Shown: one piece after another, positions 21,148 to 30,604 of the stretch
How the letters are laid out: every line of letters begins with the position of its first letter
How positions within the stretch are numbered: position 1 is the stretch's first letter
Assembly (NCBI GenBank): GCA_019057795.1
Contig: JAHLWS010000043.1
Coordinates: 1 to 64,000, forward strand
Source: Promethearchaeota archaeon
Lineage (GTDB): Archaea; Asgardarchaeota; Lokiarchaeia; Sigyniarchaeales; SOKP01
DNA: 64,000 nucleotides
Reading direction: 5' to 3'
Translations under genes and position numbers: made by a program
Notes under the pieces: model-generated
What the model was told of the DNA's origin: nothing
Seen by the model: only the letters and a program-made list of their open reading frames with translations
Databases searched by the model: none

Positions 21148-21747
21148 TTATTTTTTAAGTTCAGCTAATCTTTTTATAACTTTTCTAATTGTTCTTAATC
21201 CTTCTTCATCGTTTTGAACGCCTTCCTTACCTTTATCGTTACTCCATAACGAAGCGCCTAAATTCGCTCCGAAGGCGCCACCTGATACGGAAACCATGTG
21301 ATTTTGTTGGTAGAAATCTAGAATACTTCTTATCGCAATTTCTTGCCCCCCGCTTCGATCACCGCCTACCGCAAGAGCTACACCATATTTTCCTTTAAAA
21401 ACATTCGGATTTTTGGCGACTAATCCACGACAACGATCTAATATTGTTTTTAATTGCCCTGAAAGATTTCCTTGAAATACGGGAGTGCCAAAAATTAAAT
21501 ATTTTGCTTCTTCTAATTTAGGATAAAGGTCTTGAATGTCATCTTTATGGATGCATCCTTTTTTTTCTCTAACGCAATAATTGCAATGTATACAAAATTT
21601 GATTTCTTTTCCCATTACGGTCCAAAACTCAGTGTCAAAACTAAATTTTTCTGCAGCGTACTTTAGTCCGTACTGAACGGCAAAATCTGTTCCTTGTTTT
21701 CTTGGGCTTCCACAGATTCCCAACAGTAGGTTCTTATTATCCACCAT
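21148..21747 (-). CDS. iron-sulfur flavoprotein (flavodoxin family)
   Basis: GSPRK, CIHCNYC...C, GTPVF, GGQE. Confidence 0.9.
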   Translation of the reverse strand: MVDNKNLLLGICGSPRKQGTDFAVQYGLKYAAEKFSFDTEFWTVMGKEIKFCIHCNYCVREKKGCIHKDDIQDLYPKLEEAKYLIFGTPVFQGNLSGQLKTILDRCRGLVAKNPNVFKGKYGVALAVGGDRSGGQEIAIRSILDFYQQNHMVSVSGGAFGANLGASLWSNDKGKEGVQNDEEGLRTIRKVIKRLAELKK

Positions 21748-21835
21748 AATTAATATTACAAATTTCTTCCTTTATTTATTATTAATCATTTTTATTCTAA
21801 CAAATGTTTTAAATTCTACTTAACTACTAATAACG

Positions 21836-22492
21836 ATGAATTCACACAAAAAATCGTGCTTAGCTAGAATCAAAATTAAATTTCCAGATCAGATATGGAT
21901 TTCGCACATTTTCAAGAAATTCCGCGAAATTCGAATGGAAATCGAATATTTTCTTCCTTACGATTTTGAAAATTCGATTGGAAATTCTATTATTGAAATT
22001 TTTCATTATAATATAGATTTATTAATAGATGAGGTTAAAAACCATAAATCTGTTTTTGATTTTAGCATTTTGGAGAAGGAAGATAATCGAGTTAAGTTTA
22101 ACGTAAAAACAAAGGATCCATTTTTATTAGATGCTATAATTAAATGTGGAGTGTTGGTTAATTTCCCCGTGCGAGTAAGAGACGGATACGCCTTCTGGAG
22201 GTTAATATCGACTAGAGAAAGGATAGATGAGCTGTTAACTCTTTTTGAACAGAAATCAGTAAATTTTACTCTCCTAAAAATTGGTAATTCTCCATATATT
22301 CTTGACGACAATAAGAATAAGTTAACTTTTAGTGAATCCAATGTGTTGGACAAGGCAATATCATCAGGATTTTTTGAAATTCCTAGGAAAATATCTTTAG
22401 AACAGTTAGCTAACGAACTAGGAAAATCAAAGTCAGCTTTATCTGTTATGTTAAGAAAGATAATTAAAAAGAAAGTAATATTTGAAACCTAA
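21836..22492 (+). CDS. HTH-10 (bacterio-opsin activator-type) regulator
   Basis: GFFEIPRKISLEQLANELGKSKS. Confidence 0.85.
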   Translation: MNSHKKSCLARIKIKFPDQIWISHIFKKFREIRMEIEYFLPYDFENSIGNSIIEIFHYNIDLLIDEVKNHKSVFDFSILEKEDNRVKFNVKTKDPFLLDAIIKCGVLVNFPVRVRDGYAFWRLISTRERIDELLTLFEQKSVNFTLLKIGNSPYILDDNKNKLTFSESNVLDKAISSGFFEIPRKISLEQLANELGKSKSALSVMLRKIIKKKVIFET

Positions 22493-22542
22493 ACGAGAAA
22501 CTCAATATTAGCAAAAAAAAGTTAAGAAAATAAAAAATATAT

Positions 22543-23432
22543 TTATAACCATTCTTCCTTAAAAATTTCTCCTTCAACACTTACTATTATATACTTTATC
22601 GGCACTTTTCTATTTGCTCTTTTTGCAGCCTCTTGAACTAGCCCTAATAAACCACCACAACAAGGGATTTGCATCCTCATGACTGTTAGGGTGTTTATTT
22701 TTGCTTCATCAAACCAAGCTCTAATCTTTTCGATGTATATTTCTCTTCCTTGGTCGAGTTTAGGACAAGCGATCGCTATAGAACGTCCCTTTAAATATTT
22801 GTTATGGAATTCACCAAGAGCATAAGCAACGCAGTCAGCCGTAAGTAACACATCTGCTCCTTGAAAGTATGGGGCTGCAGGATTAATTAAATGCATTTGA
22901 ACGGGCCACTGTCTTAATGCGGAGGGGACTTTTCCGGTGATAACGGTCTGTTCCTCAAGCTCGTTAAATACCATTGTTTCTGCAGAAGCACAACTGCATA
23001 CATGAGAGGTTTCTTCAACCACATGATTTTCAAGTGTTATTCCGGAATCTTCTTGAGTAGAAGCACAGCCGCATTGGTGGGAATGTTCGGCAACAATTTC
23101 CTTCACTTGATTTAATTTTTCCTCCTCTTTTTCTGACAAAGATTCTAAATGTATCTCAACTGCTTCTTCGTCGAATTCTAACGCTTCTCTTTCAATAATC
23201 TCAAGAGCCCCTTCAGGGCATTCTCCTATGCAAGCACCCAAACCATCGCAAAAAACCTCGTTTACAACTTTAGCTTTTCCGTCTATAATTGCGAGTGCGC
23301 CTTGTATGCTATATAAAACAAATTTTATATTACTGCACAGCCGACTACGCAATTACCACATCCAGTACAAAGTTCCTCGTCTATCTCTATAATTTTTCTA
23401 TTTACAATTTTATGTTGTTTTGTTTCAGTCAT
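22543..23432 (-). CDS. 4Fe-4S dicluster protein interrupted by a 29-nt insertion (286 aa if spliced)
   Basis: ATG 23432: MTETK...CTGCGNCVVGCA|EGALAII...CDGLGACIGECPEGAL...LRQWPVQ...ACPKLD...PCCGG; removing 23304-23332 gives an 861-nt open frame. Confidence 0.9.
23304..23332 (-). other. candidate bulge-helix-bulge (archaeal tRNA-type) mRNA intron
   Basis: UAAUAUAAAAUUUGUUUUAUAUAGCAUAC; 8-bp internal hairpin; GUGC/GCAU helix with AGU and ACA bulges; paired exons. Confidence 0.8.
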
Positions 23433-23495
23433 ACTTAGAACAATGGAGATGGTTATATATTTTTAATTTCGAACATGTTCTTAAGAATTATATAC

Positions 23496-24170
23496 TCAAT
23501 GAAATTTAGGACATTTTCTTTTCATGCTATTTTTAAAACTGCTTAACATTGCGTTAAATAGTTCAGTTCCTAATACTAAATAATATGATTCTCTGATACT
23601 AAAACCAGTAGGCTTTCCTTTAGATTTGGCTCTAAAAATGCAATCAAAAGTCTCTGCAATTAAGTATAAAAATTGTTCGCTACCCGAATAAAGTCTGCCG
23701 TATCTTCCAGCTTTAAGACCACCATCACCATCATAAAAACCAAGAAGCCAAGCTAATGCTTTTTTACCTGATGGAACACACCACCAATGCATTTTACTTC
23801 TCTTAGCCTCCATTTCAGCATTATCAATCAATTTAAAAATAAAATGTGGTATTGTTTTTTTTTATCTTTAGAACTGGTATAACCTTGGGACATAATATCA
23901 TTATACATTGTCCTAGAACCAAAACGAACTTCTGCTCTTTTAGATTCTATTATCTTACCTTTATACTCTCTGAAAATTGTTCTAATATTTACTTTTTTTT
24001 TATCTTATCCAACAACTTCAGCAAATCTAAAAACTCGCTCTTTATCTCGCTCTTTAAGACCGAAAAAAATTGTATACTTAGCTCTATCCATATATAAAGA
24101 TCCATCAGCATTTAAAAAACCGTACCAATAATAAACCTCGACATCACCTATTAAATCAGGATTTTTAGAT
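23496..24170 (-). pseudogene. decayed two-motif LAGLIDADG protein
   Basis: YWYGFLNADG near 24100-24130 and WLLGFYDGDG near 23720-23750, separated by stops. Confidence 0.7.
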
Positions 24171-24777
24171 TAAAAAAAATGTTATATAAAATAGGATTAC
24201 ATGATAATTTATCAATAAAAAATAAGACCTCTCAAATCGTCAATTACGCGCGCTCTACTTTCGTTAAGCGAGAAGAAGAATTCTTCACAATTTTACGGGT
24301 ATTTTTAGCAAAAACCATAAACAAAATAAAAAAACACAATATCATTAAAAGATCACGACTTCTAATTGAACATTTTGAAAAAATAAAGATGCCCTATAAT
24401 TGCTCAACCCTTCAAAGTTTGTGATTACTTAAAATTTAGTGATATTTAATTCAGTCAACAATAAAAATTTGATGACTCAACTTGAAAAATTGTAAATAAA
24501 CTCCTTTATATTTAGCAAAATACTTTCTCACTCAACTCAGATGAATGCGGAGGCTTTGCTTTAACCGTTTTAATTCTTCATCTTCAGGGAACTTGGCGAT
24601 ATTTTGATCCAATATTAGGCATTTTCTCTAATCTCTCTTATATACATTGATTTTAATGAATATTAACTAATTCTTGTCTTACGCTATATTAACCTCAACA
24701 GAAATATATCGTTTTCCCCATTTTTTCCGATAATTGGTCTCTCTCTTCCCAACTCTCCTAATGATCGCTTGTAAGTT

Positions 24778-25320
24778 TCATTTGTTCAACTTGTTCAATT
24801 TATCTAATAATCTTTTTGGAATTTTAAAAGTATATTTATCCAATAACCCTAAAAAAACCTTATAGATCTCTTGGTATTGCCTAAACCTTTCGGAAATTAA
24901 GTCAATAATTTTTTCAATTACTGCTACCTTTAGATCTTCCATATTCTCAAATCTCTTATAAGATTTCTCAGCTTTTATTTTATTGAAAAAATCAACCAAT
25001 TTATCCTCCATTTCAAGACGATCCTTAATGAAAACTAAAATTGGAATATCATAAGCTTTAGCTTCCTCATACTCATCAAGAACAAGGTCACTATACTTCA
25101 CACCTAAAATAATCAAAACGATATCACTTTCCCTTACTTTCTTCACGCTTAATAATCTTGTAGGATCATCAGAACCTGTATCCCCTATAATAGGTTTTAA
25201 GTGAATCATTGGGATATATTCTTCCTCAATTCTAAGACATTCTTCTTTTATTGTTTCATCTGTCCAAGAAGAGCTTATAAAAATTTTTAAAGGATTAAAA
25301 CTGGAAGAAATTTTAATCAT
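24778..25320 (-). CDS. DUF4062 (TIR/NDT-like fold) protein
   Basis: KIFISS...VRESDIVLIILGVKYS...DEYEEA...IPILVF; start probably ATG 25320 overlapping upstream stop. Confidence 0.8.
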   Translation of the reverse strand: MIKISSSFNPLKIFISSSWTDETIKEECLRIEEEYIPMIHLKPIIGDTGSDDPTRLLSVKKVRESDIVLIILGVKYSDLVLDEYEEAKAYDIPILVFIKDRLEMEDKLVDFFNKIKAEKSYKRFENMEDLKVAVIEKIIDLISERFRQYQEIYKVFLGLLDKYTFKIPKRLLDKLNKLNK

Positions 25321-25846
25321 CCCCTTTAAATAATAAAAATAATAAGCCCAATCCAACTCCAATCCCACCTAGAACAAGCCCTACCTTCCCTAAATCTTTT
25401 AATAATTCTTGATCCTTAACTATTTTAGTGAATTCTGAAGCAAATTTATTCATTTTTTCTTGTAAATCAAGCACATTAGAATATTTTGAATGCGTTATCA
25501 TAACAGAATAAGTACCCTTATCCTTTAACTTATGATGGAGATCCTCACTAAAAAAAATCATGACAGGTTTCTTTTTTGTTTTAAAGATAGATTGATTGTC
25601 TAAAAGAACCTCATTAATCAAATCCAAGTAATTTTCATTTATCAAAACAATTATAATAACATGGGAGTTAATGATTGTAGATATCAAATAATCCCTATTG
25701 ATTGAAGTATAGGGGTTTTTACCAATAGCTATAGCTCTAAAACCCTGATTGAAAAAAGCATTTTCAATCATTTCAACCATTTTTACATCAGATTTTCCGA
25801 TACTACATAATATTAAAGCATTGTAAGTTACACTCATAATTATCAA
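25313..25846 (-). CDS. divergent TIR/DUF4062-like protein with C-terminal TM helix
   Basis: Alpha/beta pattern parallel to neighbour; GLVLGGIGVGLGLLFLLF tail. Confidence 0.55.
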   Translation of the reverse strand: MIIMSVTYNALILCSIGKSDVKMVEMIENAFFNQGFRAIAIGKNPYTSINRDYLISTIINSHVIIIVLINENYLDLINEVLLDNQSIFKTKKKPVMIFFSEDLHHKLKDKGTYSVMITHSKYSNVLDLQEKMNKFASEFTKIVKDQELLKDLGKVGLVLGGIGVGLGLLFLLFKGDD

Positions 25847-26350
25847 GATATTTTTTTATTTTAGATTTGAATCTTTTTTGAAAATACATTTTTATAATTA
25901 AAAATATGTGTATAATTTGAATTAATCCAATGATTTTTTATTCTACTTTAATCAATAATAAATACAGCAAAAATATATGTTTTTACTTATTTCACAAAAA
26001 TCTTCTCTAATCATTAAACTACCATATTTTGGACAATAAGAGGAGGTGGATTAGTTAATTTCGTTCTTACATTAAAAAATCTTAGCATTATGTTAATTTC
26101 TATTTCATAATCTTATTGGGGACACATTTCAATCGTAGATATAACAATTAAAATACCTATTATATTATGACATTAATGAATTATTAAAATTGTATCTCTA
26201 ATAAAAGGTGATTAACACTCGATAATTTTCCAACATTATCTTTAGAAGTTCGGTTAGGAATTATTTTAAATTCATTGTTTTCTGAATAAATACTATTATA
26301 TAATTTCCTTTATTGTTATATTTTAGCTTAAATTAAATTAAGTAAAATTT

Positions 26351-26982
26351 ATGACAGAAAATTTGGATTTTTGGTTATCGGTTTCAATAGCTATGGTATC
26401 ATTGTTAATAGCTATGATAACAATTTCTATTACTGTTTATGAACGCATTAAGGATGATCGCCAATTATATAAACAAGTAAATGATTATTATGAAGCTATT
26501 GAATACTTAGTTTTTTCTTATTATGCAGATTTTTGGTTAAAAAAAGAAGAGGAAAAATCCACTAATAACGAAATTAAATTGAAATTAAAAACAGAAAGGG
26601 TAAAAATCAGGATTAAGCGTGCTTATTTCATACAATTTGTGAAGTATCATTCAGATTCATTCTTTAAATATTTAGGAATGGTATATTCAGGTGATAATAA
26701 AAATAGTATTATCAATATGAATTCTGAATTTATCTTGGATACTGGTGGGCAATTAATATATAAAGATTTGGAAGGAGATCCAAATAATCTTAAAGAAATA
26801 ATGTAGTGGTTGAAGTATCACGAATAAAAGAAGAAGAATATGGAAAAATAAACGCTTTTCTTGAGACATTAAGAATGTTTTGGAAAATAAGATACTATAA
26901 ATGGCTTTTTAGACCAAAATTAAAAGAAAACATAGATTTCCCCAATAGATTTAAGGAGATGGAGAAATTCGTTAATATATAA
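26351..26982 (+). pseudogene. N-terminally membrane-anchored protein, frameshift near 26800
   Basis: 151-aa ORF; a second frame continues open to TAA near 26980. Confidence 0.5.
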
Positions 26983-27061
26983 AAGATTTTAATGGATATA
27001 AAATTAGTTTGCGAATCAATTCAAATCAGAAATATATCTTTTTCACCATTTTCCCTAATAA

Positions 27062-27172
27062 TTGGGGGTCTCCTTCCGTGGTGCCCTCCTTAGTGCGGCG
27101 GAGCAAAGTCTTTATATGGAATCCCGTAAAGGGCAGTGGAGCCAGACCACTTGTGGCAGTTGTGCAAATGCA
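27062..27172. ncRNA. GC-rich intergenic element, candidate structured RNA
   Basis: About 55% GC over 110 nt (hand count) in very AT-rich context; short hairpins; no credible ORF. Confidence 0.35.
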
Positions 27173-27371
27173 TATACAATAGGTATTTTCATTTTACTCA
27201 TAATATTTATAAAATACGCACCCTCAATAAAAAAAGTTCACCTTCTAATCTATAAATTAAACAAGGAGAAATATGATAACAAATCGGATTTCCACGAAGA
27301 TTTTTTATAAATTATATTGCATTATCCAAATGTAAAATAAAATCAAATAAAATGTATTTGGATGTGATTAT

Positions 27372-27818
27372 ATGTTAAGATTGAAAAAATCAAATGTAAT
27401 AAAAAGAGTGAAGAGCGCGCATTTTATCGGTAGACAATTATCTCGATTAAAATTAGGTCAATCTTATTACGCGATTATTGTATCCAGCGTGAGTGCGATT
27501 TCATTGATCTCTTTAGCTTTTGAGATAACAATTTGGATGCTAATATTAGCGTTTCCAATTCTATTGCTTAGCACATTCATAATTGGTTATTTTATGGATA
27601 TATATAACATTAACACTATGGATAGTCTAAAAGCTAATGAAATAGGTCAGCGATATCTTACTACGAGCGATATGAAGGGTCAAGAATTTCAACTTTTACA
27701 AACGGAGATCGTTCTTGAAGCTTTAAAGGCTATCCAAGAAGAGCGCGAATTGGATCCCAAAGATTTATTAAAAAAATATGACCTTTATTTTAGAAAGTGG
27801 AAATCTCCCTACAAATGA
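27372..27818 (+). CDS. two-TM hypothetical protein
   Basis: 148-aa ORF, two hydrophobic helices. Confidence 0.7.
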   Translation: MLRLKKSNVIKRVKSAHFIGRQLSRLKLGQSYYAIIVSSVSAISLISLAFEITIWMLILAFPILLLSTFIIGYFMDIYNINTMDSLKANEIGQRYLTTSDMKGQEFQLLQTEIVLEALKAIQEERELDPKDLLKKYDLYFRKWKSPYK

Positions 27819-27859
27819 GAAAAACTAAGTGTTAGATTGGTAATTTTACGAGTGAATAT

Positions 27860-28900
27860 CTAAATTATTTTTTTCAGCAACCAGCGAATTGCTTCGATAA
27901 TTTTTTCATTCTCGCTAAGAACATTTATAGAGAAATACTGCATAAGAAGTCCGCACTCCGCCAATTCATCCATATCAAAATTCTTATAAATCAAATCGGG
28001 AGTTATTTCTTCTTTATCTTGAAATTTGTTGCCAATAATGAGTATAGGCATAAATTCTCCCTTATCCAAGCATCTGTTTAAGACTAATCGAAACATTTCA
28101 ATAGTTTCTTTGATCGAGTCTTTATTGGACGCGTTAAAGATTAAAATAAAGCCTTGAGCATTATCCAAACAATCTTCATATAGCTTTACTCTTTTTCCAT
28201 TTGTATCATCTTCAATACATTCGTACGTTAAGATTTCGATGTTATCAATTAAAAAGTCATAAATTTTATTGGCTAAATCTCTTTTCATTGATTTGTTCTT
28301 ATATTGAAGGAATTGCATAACCTCTAAATTCTTTACGAAAGTGGTCTTTCCTGCGTTTTCTGGACCAAAAACATAAACTTTCTTTAAGTCTTTAGCTAAT
28401 AAATGAGAAGTTATACTTATTTGTGGAGTCATCTTTTCAAAATATCTGTTAAAAATGTTTAAGAAATCTTTTTTAAATTTTTTCGAAGCTAAGCCTAGTA
28501 TATTTTTTTGATTTGTTCGATTTTTGTGACTATGAAGAAATTCTGTAAGACCATTAAAATCTTTAAGCTCAGAAGCATATTTTTCGAGATCTGGAGTTTT
28601 AGATAACAAATAATTGTAAACATCAGTAATTTCATCCTTAAAGTAGGCGGCTCTAATCATATAAGTTATCATTATGAGTTCTTTTCCCCCTCGCGCGAAT
28701 TCTGAGTTAATATAGAAAATGTGGTTAATGGTTTGGTATTTTCTAAACGTGAAGACAAAGTTTCCTTCTTCGTCAGTAAATTCCAGAATTCTTCCTAAAT
28801 CCGGGTGTTCTTTAGTATTTAATGTGGAATTACAATATAGCGTATTTGGTCCGAGAATAGTATCGAAATACGATACGCAGAGGATAGAATCTTTAGACAT
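27860..28900 (-). CDS. longin/uDENN-like domain fused to divergent Arf/Rab-like GTPase
   Basis: SYFDTILGP...ARGG N-domain; GPENAGKT; GNKFQ. Confidence 0.75.
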   Translation of the reverse strand: MSKDSILCVSYFDTILGPNTLYCNSTLNTKEHPDLGRILEFTDEEGNFVFTFRKYQTINHIFYINSEFARGGKELIMITYMIRAAYFKDEITDVYNYLLSKTPDLEKYASELKDFNGLTEFLHSHKNRTNQKNILGLASKKFKKDFLNIFNRYFEKMTPQISITSHLLAKDLKKVYVFGPENAGKTTFVKNLEVMQFLQYKNKSMKRDLANKIYDFLIDNIEILTYECIEDDTNGKRVKLYEDCLDNAQGFILIFNASNKDSIKETIEMFRLVLNRCLDKGEFMPILIIGNKFQDKEEITPDLIYKNFDMDELAECGLLMQYFSINVLSENEKIIEAIRWLLKKII

Positions 28901-29043
28901 GGCAATAAAAAAGTAAATAATTCTTATTTCAAATATAGTAAAGACACGATTAGTTTTATATCAAATGATTTTAATCTAAAAATTCAAATAAAATAGCTAT
29001 TTTTCTGTAAATTTAATAATTTATAAAAATCAAATTTTAATGT

Positions 29044-29529
29044 GTGTACTATCTTTCTTACTTAATGAATTCTAATACTTCTAAGGATAGAGATAATGAG
29101 TACGATCTCGCTATGAAAAATTTATTTCATGGAGAGATAATGGAACGCGCTTCTGCTGCTAGAGTGATAGGGCGCTTCAAAGATGGAAGAGCCACAAATT
29201 TATTAACGAGAGCTTTAAGGTTAGAAAAAGACCCTATTGTCATAAACAGGATAATAGAAGCAATGGGTGAAATTAAAAATGCTAAAGCTACTTTACGAAT
29301 TGTAGAGCTGCTAAAAAAAGAACTCGAAAAACCAGAAGACGAGCAGGATAAAACGCGTTTATTTTTAATTATTGAAAGTTTAATGAAGATTGGAGATAGA
29401 AGGGCTTTAGAACATTTAGGTATTCTTTTATCTTCGTGTGATAGCGACATTAGAAAGCTCACAGAAAGTGCTTACGAGTGTATAGACCCAAATTGGAAAG
29501 TAAACTTAGCAAAAAGTAATAAAATCTAA
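29044..29529 (+). CDS. HEAT/PBS-lyase repeat protein
   Basis: Repeated IIEAMGEIKNAKA / IESLMKIGDRRA. Confidence 0.85.
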   Translation: MYYLSYLMNSNTSKDRDNEYDLAMKNLFHGEIMERASAARVIGRFKDGRATNLLTRALRLEKDPIVINRIIEAMGEIKNAKATLRIVELLKKELEKPEDEQDKTRLFLIIESLMKIGDRRALEHLGILLSSCDSDIRKLTESAYECIDPNWKVNLAKSNKI

Positions 29530-29576
29530 TTAAAATAATTCATAATAATTAATCAAAAAGATAAAAGGCGAAAAAA

Positions 29577-29894
29577 ATGTTCCCAGAATTTATAGAAAAA
29601 CTTACTCAAGAGGTTGATGGGGCAGACAATGCTCACGATGTAATGATCTTTACGCTCTCTACTTGCATGTGGTGCAAGAAATGCAAAAAATATTTAAAAG
29701 ACAAGAATGTGAAGTATAGATATGTCGATCTTGATCAAATCGATTCAGGCGAAAAAATAAAGTTATTAAAATACGTAAGAGAGAATTACAAACCAGACAG
29801 AATCTCCTATCCTTTTCTCGTTTGCGATGACAAATTTGTTATCGGATATGATCCAAATAAATACGAAGAATTATTGAAACCCGGAGGAAATTAA
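29577..29894 (+). CDS. glutaredoxin-like protein
   Basis: LSTCMWC, SYPFLV. Confidence 0.9.
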   Translation: MFPEFIEKLTQEVDGADNAHDVMIFTLSTCMWCKKCKKYLKDKNVKYRYVDLDQIDSGEKIKLLKYVRENYKPDRISYPFLVCDDKFVIGYDPNKYEELLKPGGN

Positions 29895-29895
29895 G

Positions 29896-30261
29896 ATGGA
29901 CATGGAAACTAAAGAAGGAATGAAAGAGTATGTAAAGATTGTCATTCAAAAAAATGATTGGATTTTAAATAAAGATCAAGTGACATTTGATAATTTAATT
30001 GATGGTTTAGTAGAAAATAAGAAAAAACACGGCTATCAATCTTGTCCCTGTCGTCTTGCTTCAGGTAATAGAGATTTGGATAGAGATCTAATTTGCCCAT
30101 GTGATTACGCTCCTGATGATGTGAAGGAATTTGGTGCTTGTTATTGCAACTTGTATCTACGTTCAGATTTTTACGAAACAATAAATACAGAGTTTGTGGT
30201 CGTTCCGGAAAGGAGACCTCTTGAAAAAGAGAACGCAGTTTTGGAATACTTTAATAAATAA
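29896..30261 (+). CDS. ferredoxin:thioredoxin reductase catalytic subunit
   Basis: CPCR, CPCDY, CYC motifs. Confidence 0.92.
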   Translation: MDMETKEGMKEYVKIVIQKNDWILNKDQVTFDNLIDGLVENKKKHGYQSCPCRLASGNRDLDRDLICPCDYAPDDVKEFGACYCNLYLRSDFYETINTEFVVVPERRPLEKENAVLEYFNK

Positions 30262-30378
30262 ATTATACTAGTTTAAACTTTTTTTCTTTCTTTTTGTGTT
30301 AATCCTAGCGAAGTATATTTAACAAATCAATTTTTTATAAATAAAATCCTTAAATAATTCGGGTTCTCTTTATATTAT

Positions 30379-30534
30379 ATGCCAGATAAAGAAATGACAG
30401 ATGAAGAATTAGAAGACGAATTAGATAAAGCCTTTAAAGAAGGAGAACCTAAAAAAGACAACTGCGGAACGGTGATGCCGAGAAATAAAGAAGTAGGAAT
30501 CCAAAGAACTGACGTCAAAATTAAAAAAGAGTAG
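30379..30534 (+). CDS. small acidic protein (51 aa, absent from track)
   Basis: MPDKEMTDEELEDELDKAFKEG... Confidence 0.55.
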   Translation: MPDKEMTDEELEDELDKAFKEGEPKKDNCGTVMPRNKEVGIQRTDVKIKKE

Positions 30535-30604
30535 TTCAACAGCAAACAAAGCTTATAAAATCTAAACCACATTTTAAATAAAGATTCTCAATTTCAATTT
30601 TTAG

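Noticed and set aside
23333-23352. Track ORF start MRSRLCSNIKFVLYSIQ for 22543..23352
   Set aside because: It reads through the insert in the wrong frame; the true N-terminus with the first Fe-S motif starts at 23432
26761-26810. Hairpin with a 3-nt bulge near the 26800 frameshift as a second BHB intron
   Set aside because: Predicted cuts remove 16 nt and give an immediate stop, so the frame is not restored
27062-27310. 82-aa ORF, or tRNA/tRNA-Sec/5S assignment
   Set aside because: No protein motif; no cloverleaf, T-loop or 5S signature recognised
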